A stretch of DNA of 32,000 bases from Dickeya solani IPO 2222 (lineage in GTDB: Bacteria; Pseudomonadota; Gammaproteobacteria; Enterobacterales; Enterobacteriaceae), in contig NZ_CP015137.1 of assembly GCF_001644705.1 (NCBI RefSeq), positions 60,001-92,000 on the forward strand. The letters run 5' to 3'. Under the pieces are notes generated by a model that made no database searches, was not told where the DNA came from, and saw nothing but the letters and a program-made list of their open reading frames with translations. Position numbers and translations under genes: made by a program. Position 1 is the stretch's first letter. Every line of letters begins with the position of its first letter. This document shows, one piece after another, positions 1-7,685 of the stretch.

Positions 1-189
1 TCGCATCTGTGCGACACCAACCTGTTCGATTTCAAATCGATTCGTCAGGGCAGCGAGGTAGTGGACGGCGGCGATCTGGCGTTCGACCGTGAAGACATGC
101 CATTACAGCCGGTAGGCTGGCAGCCGGATGAGGATGACGAAGACAACGCTCGCCCGCTGGAACGACTGAACGTACTGGAAATCCGTTAA
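1..189 (+). CDS. ttcA: tRNA 2-thiocytidine synthetase TtcA, C-terminal fragment (5' end lies outside the window)
   Basis: Frame 1 is open from the window edge to TAA at 187-189. The translation [62 protein letters not shown] matches the C-terminus of E. coli TtcA as I remember it (..[38 protein letters not shown]..). It is absent from the ORF track because it has no start in the window. Confidence 0.8.
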   Translation, partial: SHLCDTNLFDFKSIRQGSEVVDGGDLAFDREDMPLQPVGWQPDEDDEDNARPLERLNVLEIR

Positions 190-195
190 TTCATC

Positions 196-227
196 GGCGG
201 CCCTGCGGCCGCCAACGTTCTCTCTTT
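196..227 (+). terminator. possible ttcA terminator hairpin
   Basis: GGCGGCC (196-202) pairs with GGCCGCC (207-213) around a 4-nt loop, starting 7 nt after the stop codon. It is followed by pyrimidine-rich CGTTCTCTCTTTCC rather than a clean U-run. Confidence 0.35.
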
Positions 228-334
228 CCGTTATGCTGTCTTTCCTGATAAAAACGGGTGTTCAGACCAAGCACCCGCATCCACAAACACCCCATAGGCA
301 CAGGTTCAAGAATGCCGCGCGCTAAATCGCGGGC

Positions 335-453
335 AAAAAAAAGCCGACAAAACGTCGGCATGGTGTGAATTAATTGTGCTATGCAGTAATTCAAAAAAGG
401 AAGTAAGACAATATGGAGCGCAACGCCCATCGCTTGACGTTGCATTCACCTGC
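335..453 (-). ncRNA. fnrS: FnrS small regulatory RNA (FNR-activated, Hfq-dependent in E. coli)
   Basis: The minus strand 453->335 reads GCAGGTGAATGCAACGTCAAGCGATGGGCGTTGCGCTCCATATTGTCTTACTTCCTTTTTTGAATTACTGCATAGCACAATTAATTCACACCATGCCGACGTTTTGTCGGCTTTTTTTT. The first ~88 nt agree with E. coli FnrS as I recall it. The RNA ends in a GCCGAC/GTCGGC stem plus U8. It sits next to zntB, as in E. coli. Confidence 0.88.
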
Positions 454-488
454 GAGAGGGATAGTGCCGCAGGCGTAGACCAAAAATG

Positions 489-502
489 TTGATATTGCTC
501 AA
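489..502 (-). promoter_or_regulatory. FNR box of the fnrS promoter
   Basis: TTGATATTGCTCAA compares with the consensus TTGAT-N4-ATCAA with one mismatch. It is centred about 42 bp upstream of the inferred FnrS +1 (position 453), which is class II activator geometry. Confidence 0.7.
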
Positions 503-570
503 TATTGACCACGGTTTTTATCATCGTCGACGGTTGTGTGATACCCCACGCAATAATTTTGCCATGCCAC

Positions 571-1557
571 TCACAGCCATTTACTGCGTTTTAACCACCA
601 GGCAACGCCACCAACCAACAACACCAACATCAGGCAGAATACGCCAAATCCGATGCCGCTATTGGCTCCCGGCATACCGCCCAGATTGACGCCAAACAAC
701 CCGGTCAGAAACGTAGTCGGCAGGAAAACCATCGCCAGCAACGACATGGTATACGTACGCCGGTTCATGGCGTCGGTCATCAGCGTGGTGATTTCGTCGG
801 CAATCACGGTCGTACGGGCGATGCTGGCGTCCAGATCTTCCAGACCCCGGCCGAGACGTTCGGCAATCTCCTGCATGCGGCGACGGTCGTCATCCTGCAT
901 CCAGCCAAACTTCTCGCCGGACAAGCGCGAGAAAATATCGCGCTGCGGCGTCATGTAGCGACGTAACACAATCAGCTGTTTACGAATCAGCGCCAGTTCG
1001 CCGCGCGGCGGGATGCGCTGCTCCAGCAATGCATCTTCCAGATCGATGATTTTCTCATGCAGCTCATCAATGAACTCACTGGTATGATCGGTTAACGCCT
1101 CCGCGATAGACACCATCCAGTCTCCGCTGTTGGCAGGACCGTTACCCTCTTTCAGATCGCCCATCACCTCATCGATCGCCGCCACTTTACGGCGCCGAGT
1201 CGAGACAATCAGGCGATCGGTGATAAAGACCCGAATCGCCACCAGCTCATCCGGCCGGGCATTAGGGTTATAATTGATGCTGCGCAGGGTCACTAGCGTG
1301 CCTTCGCCAAGCCGTACTACGCGAGGGCGGGCGCTTTCTCCCGCCAGCGCATTGCGTACGCTATCCGGCAGCAGCGTGGTTTCATGCAGCCAGCGCACGC
1401 TGGCAGGTTGCGTCGAGTCAAGATGCAGCCAGGCAGGCAGAACCGCCTCCTCGCTCAGGCCACTCTCCACCAGCGGCAGAATGCCTCCCCTGCCGTCCAG
1501 TTGACAGGTAAAGACGGCGCCGGTGTGTCGGATAGTTTTATTTTCAGTCACTTCCAC
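571..1557 (-). CDS. zntB: CorA-family zinc transporter ZntB
   Basis: 328 aa and collinear with E. coli ZntB from memory (..LDGRGG.., ..RKQLIVxRRYMxPQRD.., C-terminal GVNLGGxPG motif, ending [12 protein letters not shown]). It uses a GTG start with a GGGAGA Shine-Dalgarno 7 nt upstream. Confidence 0.93.
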   Translation of the reverse strand: MEVTENKTIRHTGAVFTCQLDGRGGILPLVESGLSEEAVLPAWLHLDSTQPASVRWLHETTLLPDSVRNALAGESARPRVVRLGEGTLVTLRSINYNPNARPDELVAIRVFITDRLIVSTRRRKVAAIDEVMGDLKEGNGPANSGDWMVSIAEALTDHTSEFIDELHEKIIDLEDALLEQRIPPRGELALIRKQLIVLRRYMTPQRDIFSRLSGEKFGWMQDDDRRRMQEIAERLGRGLEDLDASIARTTVIADEITTLMTDAMNRRTYTMSLLAMVFLPTTFLTGLFGVNLGGMPGANSGIGFGVFCLMLVLLVGGVAWWLKRSKWL

Positions 1558-1631
1558 ACGTTATCTCCCACTATGCACACGGTTTCCATCTTACTGTCTA
1601 CATCAATGACTGCAATCGGAAAGGGATGCAT

Positions 1632-1663
1632 CCTCCGCCACCTGCGCCGCACCAGGGCGGAGG
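1632..1663 (-). terminator. GC-rich hairpin, possible mppA terminator
   Basis: CCTCCGCC (1632-1639) pairs with GGCGGAGG (1656-1663), with extra inner CTG/CAG pairing. It lies downstream of mppA and its repeats on the minus strand. The trailing U-tract is weak (AUGCAUCCCUUUCC). Confidence 0.3.
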
Positions 1664-1698
1664 CGCGTGCGTAACATGATGGTATGGCTATCCGCCAG

Positions 1699-1776
1699 TC
1701 AGTGTTTCAGAATCGAGTAAGTGTTTCAGAATCGAGTCAGTGCTTCAGAATCGAGTCAGTGCTTCAGGATATAGAG
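1699..1776. repeat. tandem array: three 19-bp copies of the mppA 3' end (stop codon included) plus the native 21-bp gene end
   Basis: Read on the minus strand: native CTCTATATCCTGAAGCACTGA (LYILKH*), then CTCGATTCTGAAGCACTGA (1755-1737), CTCGATTCTGAAACACTTA (1736-1718) and CTCGATTCTGAAACACTGA (1717-1699). Confidence 0.9.
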
Positions 1777-3387
1777 CGTCTGGCTGTAGGCGACATCCTC
1801 AGGATTGGTGATGGGATACCCTTTCACCCAAGGTTTAATCAACCGGCCGTTGGTGTACTGGTAAATCGGCGCGATCGGCGCCTGCTCCGCCAGGATCTGC
1901 TCGGCGCGGTTGTAATCCTCGTTCAGCACTTTTCGGTCGGTCTGCCCGGCGGTATCCGCCATCAGTCGATCATAATCGGCGTTGCTGAAACGGGCGATAT
2001 TGCCGCTGTGACTGGCCGTCAGCAGCGACAGGAAGGTGGACGGCTCGTTGTAATCGCCGATCCAGGAGGCGCGAATGACATCAAAATTGCCCGTATTGCG
2101 GCTGTCGATGTACGTTTTCCATTCCTGGTTCACCAGTTTCACGTCTACGCCGAGTTTGGTTTTCCACATCGACGCAACGGCGATGGCGATTTTTTGATGT
2201 ACTTCCTGCGTGTTGTACAACAGGGTCAGTTTCAGCGGTTTGGACGGGCCATAGCCAGCCGCCGCCATTAGCGCTTTGGCCTGCATATCCAGCTCGGCCT
2301 GCGAGTACTGCTGCAATTGTCCCGGTTGCGGTTTGAACCCGGCGGTGACATCCGGCGTAAGGCGATACGCCGGTTTCTCGCCGGTTCCCAGCACTTTCCC
2401 GGCGATAATTTTACGGTCGATGGTATAAGACAGCGCCTTGCGCACCCGCACGTCGTTGGTCGGCGCCCGCTGAGTATTGAACGCATAGTAATAGGTGCCG
2501 AGCTGGTCCGGGGTAAAGACCTGCCCCGGCAGGTCCTTCAGCAGTTTCTGGTACTGGTTCTTGGGAAACGACTCAGTGATGTCAATATCGCCGGCCTGAT
2601 AGCGCTTGGTGGCGTTGGATTCCTGATTGAGCGGCACAAAGGTGACCTGCGTCAGCCGGGTATTGGCGTGATCCCAGTAATGGTTATTCGGCACCAGCAC
2701 CAGTTTTTCATTGACCACCCGATCCTTGAGCACGAAAGCGCCATTACCCACCAGATTACCCGGTTTGGTCCACTCATTGCCGTATTTTTCCACTGTAGCC
2801 TGATGCACCGGGTAAAGACTGAAATTAGCCATCAGGCTGATGAAATAAGGCACCGGCTTACTCAGTTGCACCTTTAACGTGCGATCGTCAACCGCAATGA
2901 CGCCCAGTTTGTCGGCAGGCAGCTTGCCGGCCAGGATATCGTCAGCATTGACGACCCCCGCCAGCCGGATAAACCAGCTAAACGGCGAGGTATTTTGCGG
3001 CGTCGCCAGTCGCCGCCAGCTGTAGACAAAGTCTCTGGCGGTTACCGGATCGCCGTTCGACCAGCGCGCATCAGGGCGCAGAGTAAAAATGAAGGTACGG
3101 TTATCGTTAGTCTGCCAGCGTTGGGCGACGCCGGGGATCGGGTTACCCTGCGCGTCCTGATTCACCAGCCCTTCAAACAGGTCGCGAATCACCTGAATCT
3201 CCGGCAGACCAACCGCTTTAATCGGGTCCAGCGAAGCCGGTTCATCTTTAATATGGCGGACGATCTCCTGCCGTTCTGCCAGAACGGTGCCGGGAGGAAC
3301 CTGCGCCGCGCCCACCGGGTTAATCAGCGCTGTCATCAGGACGGCGGAAATCACGCCCACGGAAACTGCGGAATAACGAAATTGCAT
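1756..3387 (-). CDS. mppA: periplasmic murein tripeptide / oligopeptide-binding protein MppA (OppA family)
   Basis: 543 aa with a signal peptide. Long runs are identical to E. coli MppA from memory (VRHIKDEPASLDPxKAVGLPEIQVIRDLFEGLVNQ, GDIDITESFPKN, NTGNFDVIRASWxGDYNEPSTF, PIYQYTNGRLIKPW). It is divergent from mpaA. Confidence 0.9.
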   Translation of the reverse strand: MQFRYSAVSVGVISAVLMTALINPVGAAQVPPGTVLAERQEIVRHIKDEPASLDPIKAVGLPEIQVIRDLFEGLVNQDAQGNPIPGVAQRWQTNDNRTFIFTLRPDARWSNGDPVTARDFVYSWRRLATPQNTSPFSWFIRLAGVVNADDILAGKLPADKLGVIAVDDRTLKVQLSKPVPYFISLMANFSLYPVHQATVEKYGNEWTKPGNLVGNGAFVLKDRVVNEKLVLVPNNHYWDHANTRLTQVTFVPLNQESNATKRYQAGDIDITESFPKNQYQKLLKDLPGQVFTPDQLGTYYYAFNTQRAPTNDVRVRKALSYTIDRKIIAGKVLGTGEKPAYRLTPDVTAGFKPQPGQLQQYSQAELDMQAKALMAAAGYGPSKPLKLTLLYNTQEVHQKIAIAVASMWKTKLGVDVKLVNQEWKTYIDSRNTGNFDVIRASWIGDYNEPSTFLSLLTASHSGNIARFSNADYDRLMADTAGQTDRKVLNEDYNRAEQILAEQAPIAPIYQYTNGRLIKPWVKGYPITNPEDVAYSQTLYILKH

Positions 3388-3775
3388 GTTGTGTCCTTAA
3401 CCAAAGAGGCCCTGTCTTCGCCAGCCCGCCGCATCCTGCCGACGCCGCGAGAGGGATTGAGGAACGACCGGGAGTCATCTCTGCGCGCGGAAGACGGCAC
3501 GCGATCATCACCGGCAAAAAAAGAATCTGTATATACCGTCATGCATCAGGTTGCAGGCGAGTTAGCGGCGCGGCGCCCCAGCGCATATAGGGTATATCTA
3601 CTGAAAAAATCGTTATCAGGCTGGAAGTTATCATAGTCTCAAACCCGCCCTCCCAGCCAGTGGCGCGACACCGGTTTGCGGAGCGTCCCGCGATTTCGGG
3701 CGAGCTCCCGCGACCAGCAGGGATTTTTTGTTATCATCAGGCAAAACACCGTCGACTATTGTTTAGGATGCCGCC

Positions 3776-4507
3776 ATGACAGACGCCGAGTTTCTTCATC
3801 GCCCTCGTACCGAACGCGGGTTCTTTGCTTCGCCGGGCCAGGAATATGGCCGTTCCCGACTGGGTGCGCCGCTGCTTTGGTTCCCGGCGGAAGTGGAAGG
3901 GAAACACAGCGGATTGATCCTCGCCGGAACGCACGGCGACGAGACCGCATCGGTGGTGGCGCTCTCCTGTGCGTTGCGTACGCTACCACCGGGCAGCCGG
4001 GCCCATCATGTGGTGCTGGCGGTCAACCCGGATGGCTGTCAGTTGGGCCTGCGCGCCAATGCCAGAGGCGTCGATCTCAACCGTAATTTCCCGGCGGCCA
4101 ACTGGCAGCCGGATGGCACTGTCTACCGCTGGAGCGAAGACACGCCGGTGCGCGACGTGCAGATCTCCACCGGCGATCACCCCGGCTCCGAACCGGAAAC
4201 GCAGGCGCTGTGCCGCCTGATCGATCGGCTATCGCCGCCGTGGGTAGTCTCCTTTCATGAACCGCTGGCCTGTATTGACGATCCCCATCGTTCCGAGCTG
4301 GGCGGCTGGCTGGCGCGTGAATTCGCGCTGCCGCTGGTCGACAGCGTGGGATACCCAACGCCGGGGTCGTTTGGCAGTTGGTGCGCCGAGCGCCACTTGC
4401 ATTGCATCACCGCCGAGTTGCCGGTGATTGCCGCCGACAGCGCCAATCACCGCTATCTGACCGCCCTGACCCGGTTGCTGTCCCATAACTTTTTATACCA
4501 ATGTTGA
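3776..4507 (+). CDS. mpaA: murein peptide amidase A (gamma-D-Glu-meso-Dap amidase, M14 family)
   Basis: 243 aa and collinear with E. coli MpaA from memory (LILAGTHGDE, VNPDGCQLGLRANAxGVDLNRNFPAANW, GSEPETQALCxLI, GSFGSWCA). An AGGA Shine-Dalgarno lies 8 nt upstream. Confidence 0.92.
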   Translation: MTDAEFLHRPRTERGFFASPGQEYGRSRLGAPLLWFPAEVEGKHSGLILAGTHGDETASVVALSCALRTLPPGSRAHHVVLAVNPDGCQLGLRANARGVDLNRNFPAANWQPDGTVYRWSEDTPVRDVQISTGDHPGSEPETQALCRLIDRLSPPWVVSFHEPLACIDDPHRSELGGWLAREFALPLVDSVGYPTPGSFGSWCAERHLHCITAELPVIAADSANHRYLTALTRLLSHNFLYQC

Positions 4508-4562
4508 TCATGTTGCCCTACACTGATCGACATGTTAACCACCTGTAATGAAGGACGTAAGC

Positions 4563-5066
4563 ATGTCAACAAATGTACATTTCCAGGGTAACCCGGTGCC
4601 GGTAGCAGGATCTTTCCCGGCGGCCGGCGGCAAAGCACCGGCGTTTTCACTGGTTGCCAAAGACCTCTCTGACGTGGCGCTGAGCCACTACGCAGGCAAG
4701 CGCAAAGTCCTGAACATTTTCCCGAGCATCGATACCGGCGTATGCGCCGCGTCCGTGCGCAAATTCAATCAGCTGGCATCCAGCCTGGATAATACCGTTG
4801 TGCTTTGCATTTCCGCCGACCTGCCGTTCGCCCAGTCCCGCTTCTGCGGTGCCGAAGGCCTGAACAATGTGGTGGTGCTGTCCACCCTGCGCGGCGCTGA
4901 ATTCAAGGAAAACTACGGTGTGGCGATTGCCGAAGGCGCGCTGAAGGGCCTGACTGCACGCGCCGTCGTGGTGCTGGATGAAAACGATAACGTGCTGCAC
5001 AGCGAGCTGGTGAACGAAATCACCACCGAACCGAACTACGACGCGGCTATCGCCGTACTGAAATAA
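4563..5066 (+). CDS. tpx: thiol peroxidase Tpx
   Basis: Near-identical to E. coli Tpx from memory (VHFQGNPV.., [48 protein letters not shown]). I trimmed the ORF-track start (4548) to the ATG at 4563, which matches the E. coli N-terminus (MSxxVHFQG) and has an AAGGA Shine-Dalgarno. Confidence 0.93.
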   Translation: MSTNVHFQGNPVPVAGSFPAAGGKAPAFSLVAKDLSDVALSHYAGKRKVLNIFPSIDTGVCAASVRKFNQLASSLDNTVVLCISADLPFAQSRFCGAEGLNNVVVLSTLRGAEFKENYGVAIAEGALKGLTARAVVVLDENDNVLHSELVNEITTEPNYDAAIAVLK

Positions 5067-5103
5067 GTTCGGCTCCAAATACCCGCGCGAGCAATGCATC
5101 TGT

Positions 5104-5139
5104 GCTAACAATGCCCGTCGCGCTAACAATGCCAGTCGA
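5104..5139. repeat. 18-bp tandem duplication of the left arm of the tpx terminator
   Basis: GCTAACAATGCCCGTCGC (5104-5121) is followed immediately by GCTAACAATGCCAGTCGA (5122-5139). Confidence 0.85.
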
Positions 5140-5160
5140 CCGACTGGCATTGTTTTATCC
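5125..5160 (+). terminator. tpx intrinsic terminator
   Basis: A perfect 14-bp stem: AACAATGCCAGTCG (5125-5138) pairs with CGACTGGCATTGTT (5141-5154), running into TTTTATCC. It lies 58 nt after the tpx stop codon. Confidence 0.7.
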
Positions 5161-5189
5161 AAACCACTTTGTCGTTGCCGTTATCGCCC

Positions 5190-6602
5190 TCAGACCATTG
5201 GCCGCGGGTGCGCCAGCATCAACCGGCTGCGCAGCGCGCACAGCACCAATACCAGCATCAGCCCCCATTCCGCCATCAGCGTGGCAATCAGCGCGCGGGC
5301 AAAATGCCCACCGCTGGCATGCAGCACCTGTACCAGCACCGTACCCAGCACAATCGGCCCCAGCCCCAGCGACGCCTGTTGCATGGTGGAAAGCAGCGCA
5401 CTGCCTGCACCTGCCTGATGCGTCGGCACATCCGACAACCCGATGCGATAAAAGCTGCTGACAATAAACGCCTGGCCGAAACCAATCATCATGGTCGCAG
5501 GCAACAATTGCAGCACCGATACCGGCCAGCGCCAGGCCAGCGACGCCATCAGCAATGCCAATCCGCTCATCTGAATGGCACATCCGATCAGCAGCGCCCC
5601 TATATTGCCAATGCGGGTGGTGAGACGACCGCTGAGCAGCGATGCAACAAAATAGGACAGGCCCAACCCGATAAAACTGTTACCCGACTGTAGCGGCGTA
5701 AAACCCGCGCCGGATTGCAGGGTGTAAGCAACGGCGAACATAAAGCCGCTCCAACTGGAGAAAAACAGCAACGCCAGCAACAAGCCGAAGCGGATCCCCG
5801 GCAGCCGGAACAGCGCGGGCGGCAACAACGGCGCCGGCTGACGACGCTCCACCCGCCACAACAGCGCAAACCACACCAGGCTGCTCAGCAACACCGCCAC
5901 GCAGGACCACGGCCAGTGCCAGATTGGCCCCAACGCCAGCGGGAACAGCAGGCTGGCCAGCATCAGCGACAGCAGCACCGTGCCGGGCATATCCAGCGCC
6001 ACCGGTTTTTCGCCACGGGTATCCGGCAGACGCGACGGCGCCAACAGCAGCACCAGCAGGCAGACCGGCAGATTGACCAGAAACACACTGCGCCAGCCAT
6101 AACCGGCGATGTCCAACTGAATCAGAAAGCCGCCCAGCACCTGCCCGACCACAAAGGCCAGCCCGCCGATGGCGCTGTAAAAACCCAGCGCCCGGGCATG
6201 CTCACGCCCGCGCAGGCAGACATGAATGGTCGCCAGAATCTGCGGCACCACCAGCGCGGCGCCAACCCCTTGCAAGGCGCGAGCCGCCAGCAACACCCAT
6301 ACCGCCTGAGCGATGCCGCACAGCAGCGACGCCACGCCGAACAGCGCCACGCCGGCAATGAACACCCGACGGCGTCCCAGGTTATCACCCAGCCGCCCGC
6401 CCATCGCCAGCGATACGGCAAACGCCACGCCATAAACCGACACCACCAGTTCCAGTTCAGCCGGGCTGGCGGAAAGTGAATGGGCGATCGCTTCCAGCGC
6501 CACGTTAACGATCGAAAAATCGATCATCGGCAACAATTGGCCGGTCAGCAACACCATCAGGCCGATACCGGTGAGCCCCTGTGAAAGTGAAACCTGTTTC
6601 AT
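5190..6602 (-). CDS. MFS transporter, DHA2 (EmrB/QacA-like, about 14 TMS) drug:H+ antiporter family
   Basis: 470 aa and highly hydrophobic. It carries MFS motif A (GGRLGDNLGRRRVF) and the N-terminal 'MIDFSIVNVAL' region typical of DHA2 members. It is divergent from an MmyB-like regulator. Confidence 0.85.
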   Translation of the reverse strand: MKQVSLSQGLTGIGLMVLLTGQLLPMIDFSIVNVALEAIAHSLSASPAELELVVSVYGVAFAVSLAMGGRLGDNLGRRRVFIAGVALFGVASLLCGIAQAVWVLLAARALQGVGAALVVPQILATIHVCLRGREHARALGFYSAIGGLAFVVGQVLGGFLIQLDIAGYGWRSVFLVNLPVCLLVLLLAPSRLPDTRGEKPVALDMPGTVLLSLMLASLLFPLALGPIWHWPWSCVAVLLSSLVWFALLWRVERRQPAPLLPPALFRLPGIRFGLLLALLFFSSWSGFMFAVAYTLQSGAGFTPLQSGNSFIGLGLSYFVASLLSGRLTTRIGNIGALLIGCAIQMSGLALLMASLAWRWPVSVLQLLPATMMIGFGQAFIVSSFYRIGLSDVPTHQAGAGSALLSTMQQASLGLGPIVLGTVLVQVLHASGGHFARALIATLMAEWGLMLVLVLCALRSRLMLAHPRPMV

Positions 6603-6618
6603 CGATGTACCCTTTGTA

Positions 6619-6645
6619 TTAATTCTGCTAATTGTGCTAATTCTG
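6619..6645. repeat. three contiguous 9-bp direct repeats TAATT(C/G)TG(C/T) in the MFS/regulator divergent promoter region
   Basis: TAATTCTGC (6619-6627), TAATTGTGC (6628-6636) and TAATTCTGT (6637-6645). Nearby is an inverted repeat, TACCAG (6679-6684) - N12 - CTGGTA (6697-6702). Confidence 0.6.
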
Positions 6646-6754
6646 TGAAGCAGCTAGCATTAGCGATAATTTAAACGGGTACCAGTTCCTGTTTATCCTG
6701 GTATAAAAACTACCTGTCTGTAACGATTCACTGCATTATCCGGAGGCTCACACT

Positions 6755-7672
6755 ATGGTCATGCCAATACCCACCCCACAGGCCGACACCCGTGTTACAC
6801 CGTTGCAACCGGATAACCGCAAACAGCTGGGCGCGTTTTTGCGCGCACGGCGTGAAAGCCTCGATCCGCTGCGTCTGGGCCTGTCGCTGCCCCGCAAACG
6901 TCGCACGCCGGGGCTACGCCGCGAAGATGTGGCGCTGCTGGCGGACGTAGGCATTACCTGGTACACCTGGCTGGAACAAGGTCGGGAAATCCGCGCCTCC
7001 ACCAAAACGCTGACCGCCATAGCCAACGCCCTGCAGTTCAACGAAGCGGAAACCCGGTATCTGTTTAAGCTGGCGGGGTTACCGTTCTCCCCGGCCGCAC
7101 AGGCCAGTTGCGAGAAAATCAGCGCCGACAGCCAGCGTATCCTCGATCAGCTCAATCCGTTTCCGGCGGTGATCGTCAACGCCCGCTTTATCATTCTGGG
7201 ATTTAACCTCGCCTGGTGCCGGCTGCTGGATATCGACCTGCACCAGATGGCGCCGGAAGACCGCAGCTGTATCTGGCTGGCGCTCACCCATCCGAACTGG
7301 CGGGAACGGCTGGTGGACCAGCATGAGCTGTTACCCACTCTGGTGGCGATGTTCCGGGCACAGATGACGGAACACGCGGGTGAACCGCTGTGGGAAGCGC
7401 AATTGCAGCGCTACCTGAGCGCATCGGAAGAGTTTCGCCAGTTGTGGTACCAGCGCTACGAAATTCAAGGGGTGGATGACAAGATCAAGCGTTTTCGTCA
7501 TCCAACGCTGGGCATTTTCACCCTGCGCCAGATCAACTGGTGGAGCGCATCCCGCAACGGCGACCGGATGCTGGTTTATATGCCCGCCTGCGAGCAGGAC
7601 AATGCGCGGCTGGCGCAGCTCGCGCAACTGCCGCTGCCCGGCGAACAGCATCAGGCTGCGCCCCACGATTGA
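6755..7672 (+). CDS. MmyB-like transcriptional regulator (XRE-type HTH plus PAS-like ligand domain)
   Basis: 305 aa. The N-terminus LGAFLRARRESL..TPGLRREDVALLADVGITWYTWLEQGR..LTAIANALQFNEAE is the signature HTH of the MmyB-like family. A GGAGG Shine-Dalgarno lies 8 nt upstream of the ATG at 6755. Confidence 0.8.
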   Translation: MVMPIPTPQADTRVTPLQPDNRKQLGAFLRARRESLDPLRLGLSLPRKRRTPGLRREDVALLADVGITWYTWLEQGREIRASTKTLTAIANALQFNEAETRYLFKLAGLPFSPAAQASCEKISADSQRILDQLNPFPAVIVNARFIILGFNLAWCRLLDIDLHQMAPEDRSCIWLALTHPNWRERLVDQHELLPTLVAMFRAQMTEHAGEPLWEAQLQRYLSASEEFRQLWYQRYEIQGVDDKIKRFRHPTLGIFTLRQINWWSASRNGDRMLVYMPACEQDNARLAQLAQLPLPGEQHQAAPHD

Positions 7673-7685
7673 TGATGACGCCGCC

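Noticed and set aside
413-478. A small + strand ORF (MERNAHRLTLHSPARGIVPQA, 21 aa) with an apparently excellent AAGGAAG Shine-Dalgarno 8 nt upstream.
   Set aside because: It lies exactly antisense to FnrS. The 'Shine-Dalgarno' is simply the complement of the sRNA's C/U-rich seed (CUUACUUCCUU). It has no promoter or terminator on the + strand.
191-524. ORF-track entries 191..445 (-) and 306..524 (-), of 84 and 72 aa.
   Set aside because: They run through the FnrS sRNA and its intrinsic terminator. They have no Shine-Dalgarno, and their composition is implausible.
1699-1776. I considered whether the tandem arrays here and at 17412-17501 could be a CRISPR array.
   Set aside because: The units are contiguous with no spacers, the periods are only 15-19 bp, and no cas genes are in the window. 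They are simple tandem repeats.
5715-6479. Long antisense ORFs opposite real genes, for example 5715..6479, 1684..2271, 8430..9116, 11887..12747, 12770..13480, 14481..15431, 20579..21127, 24969..25649, 25769..26536 and 29501..30250.
   Set aside because: They are shadow ORFs typical of GC-rich coding DNA. They are Arg/Gln/His/Pro-rich and low in complexity, have no recognisable domains or Shine-Dalgarno sequences, and each fully overlaps a gene with strong homology-based support.
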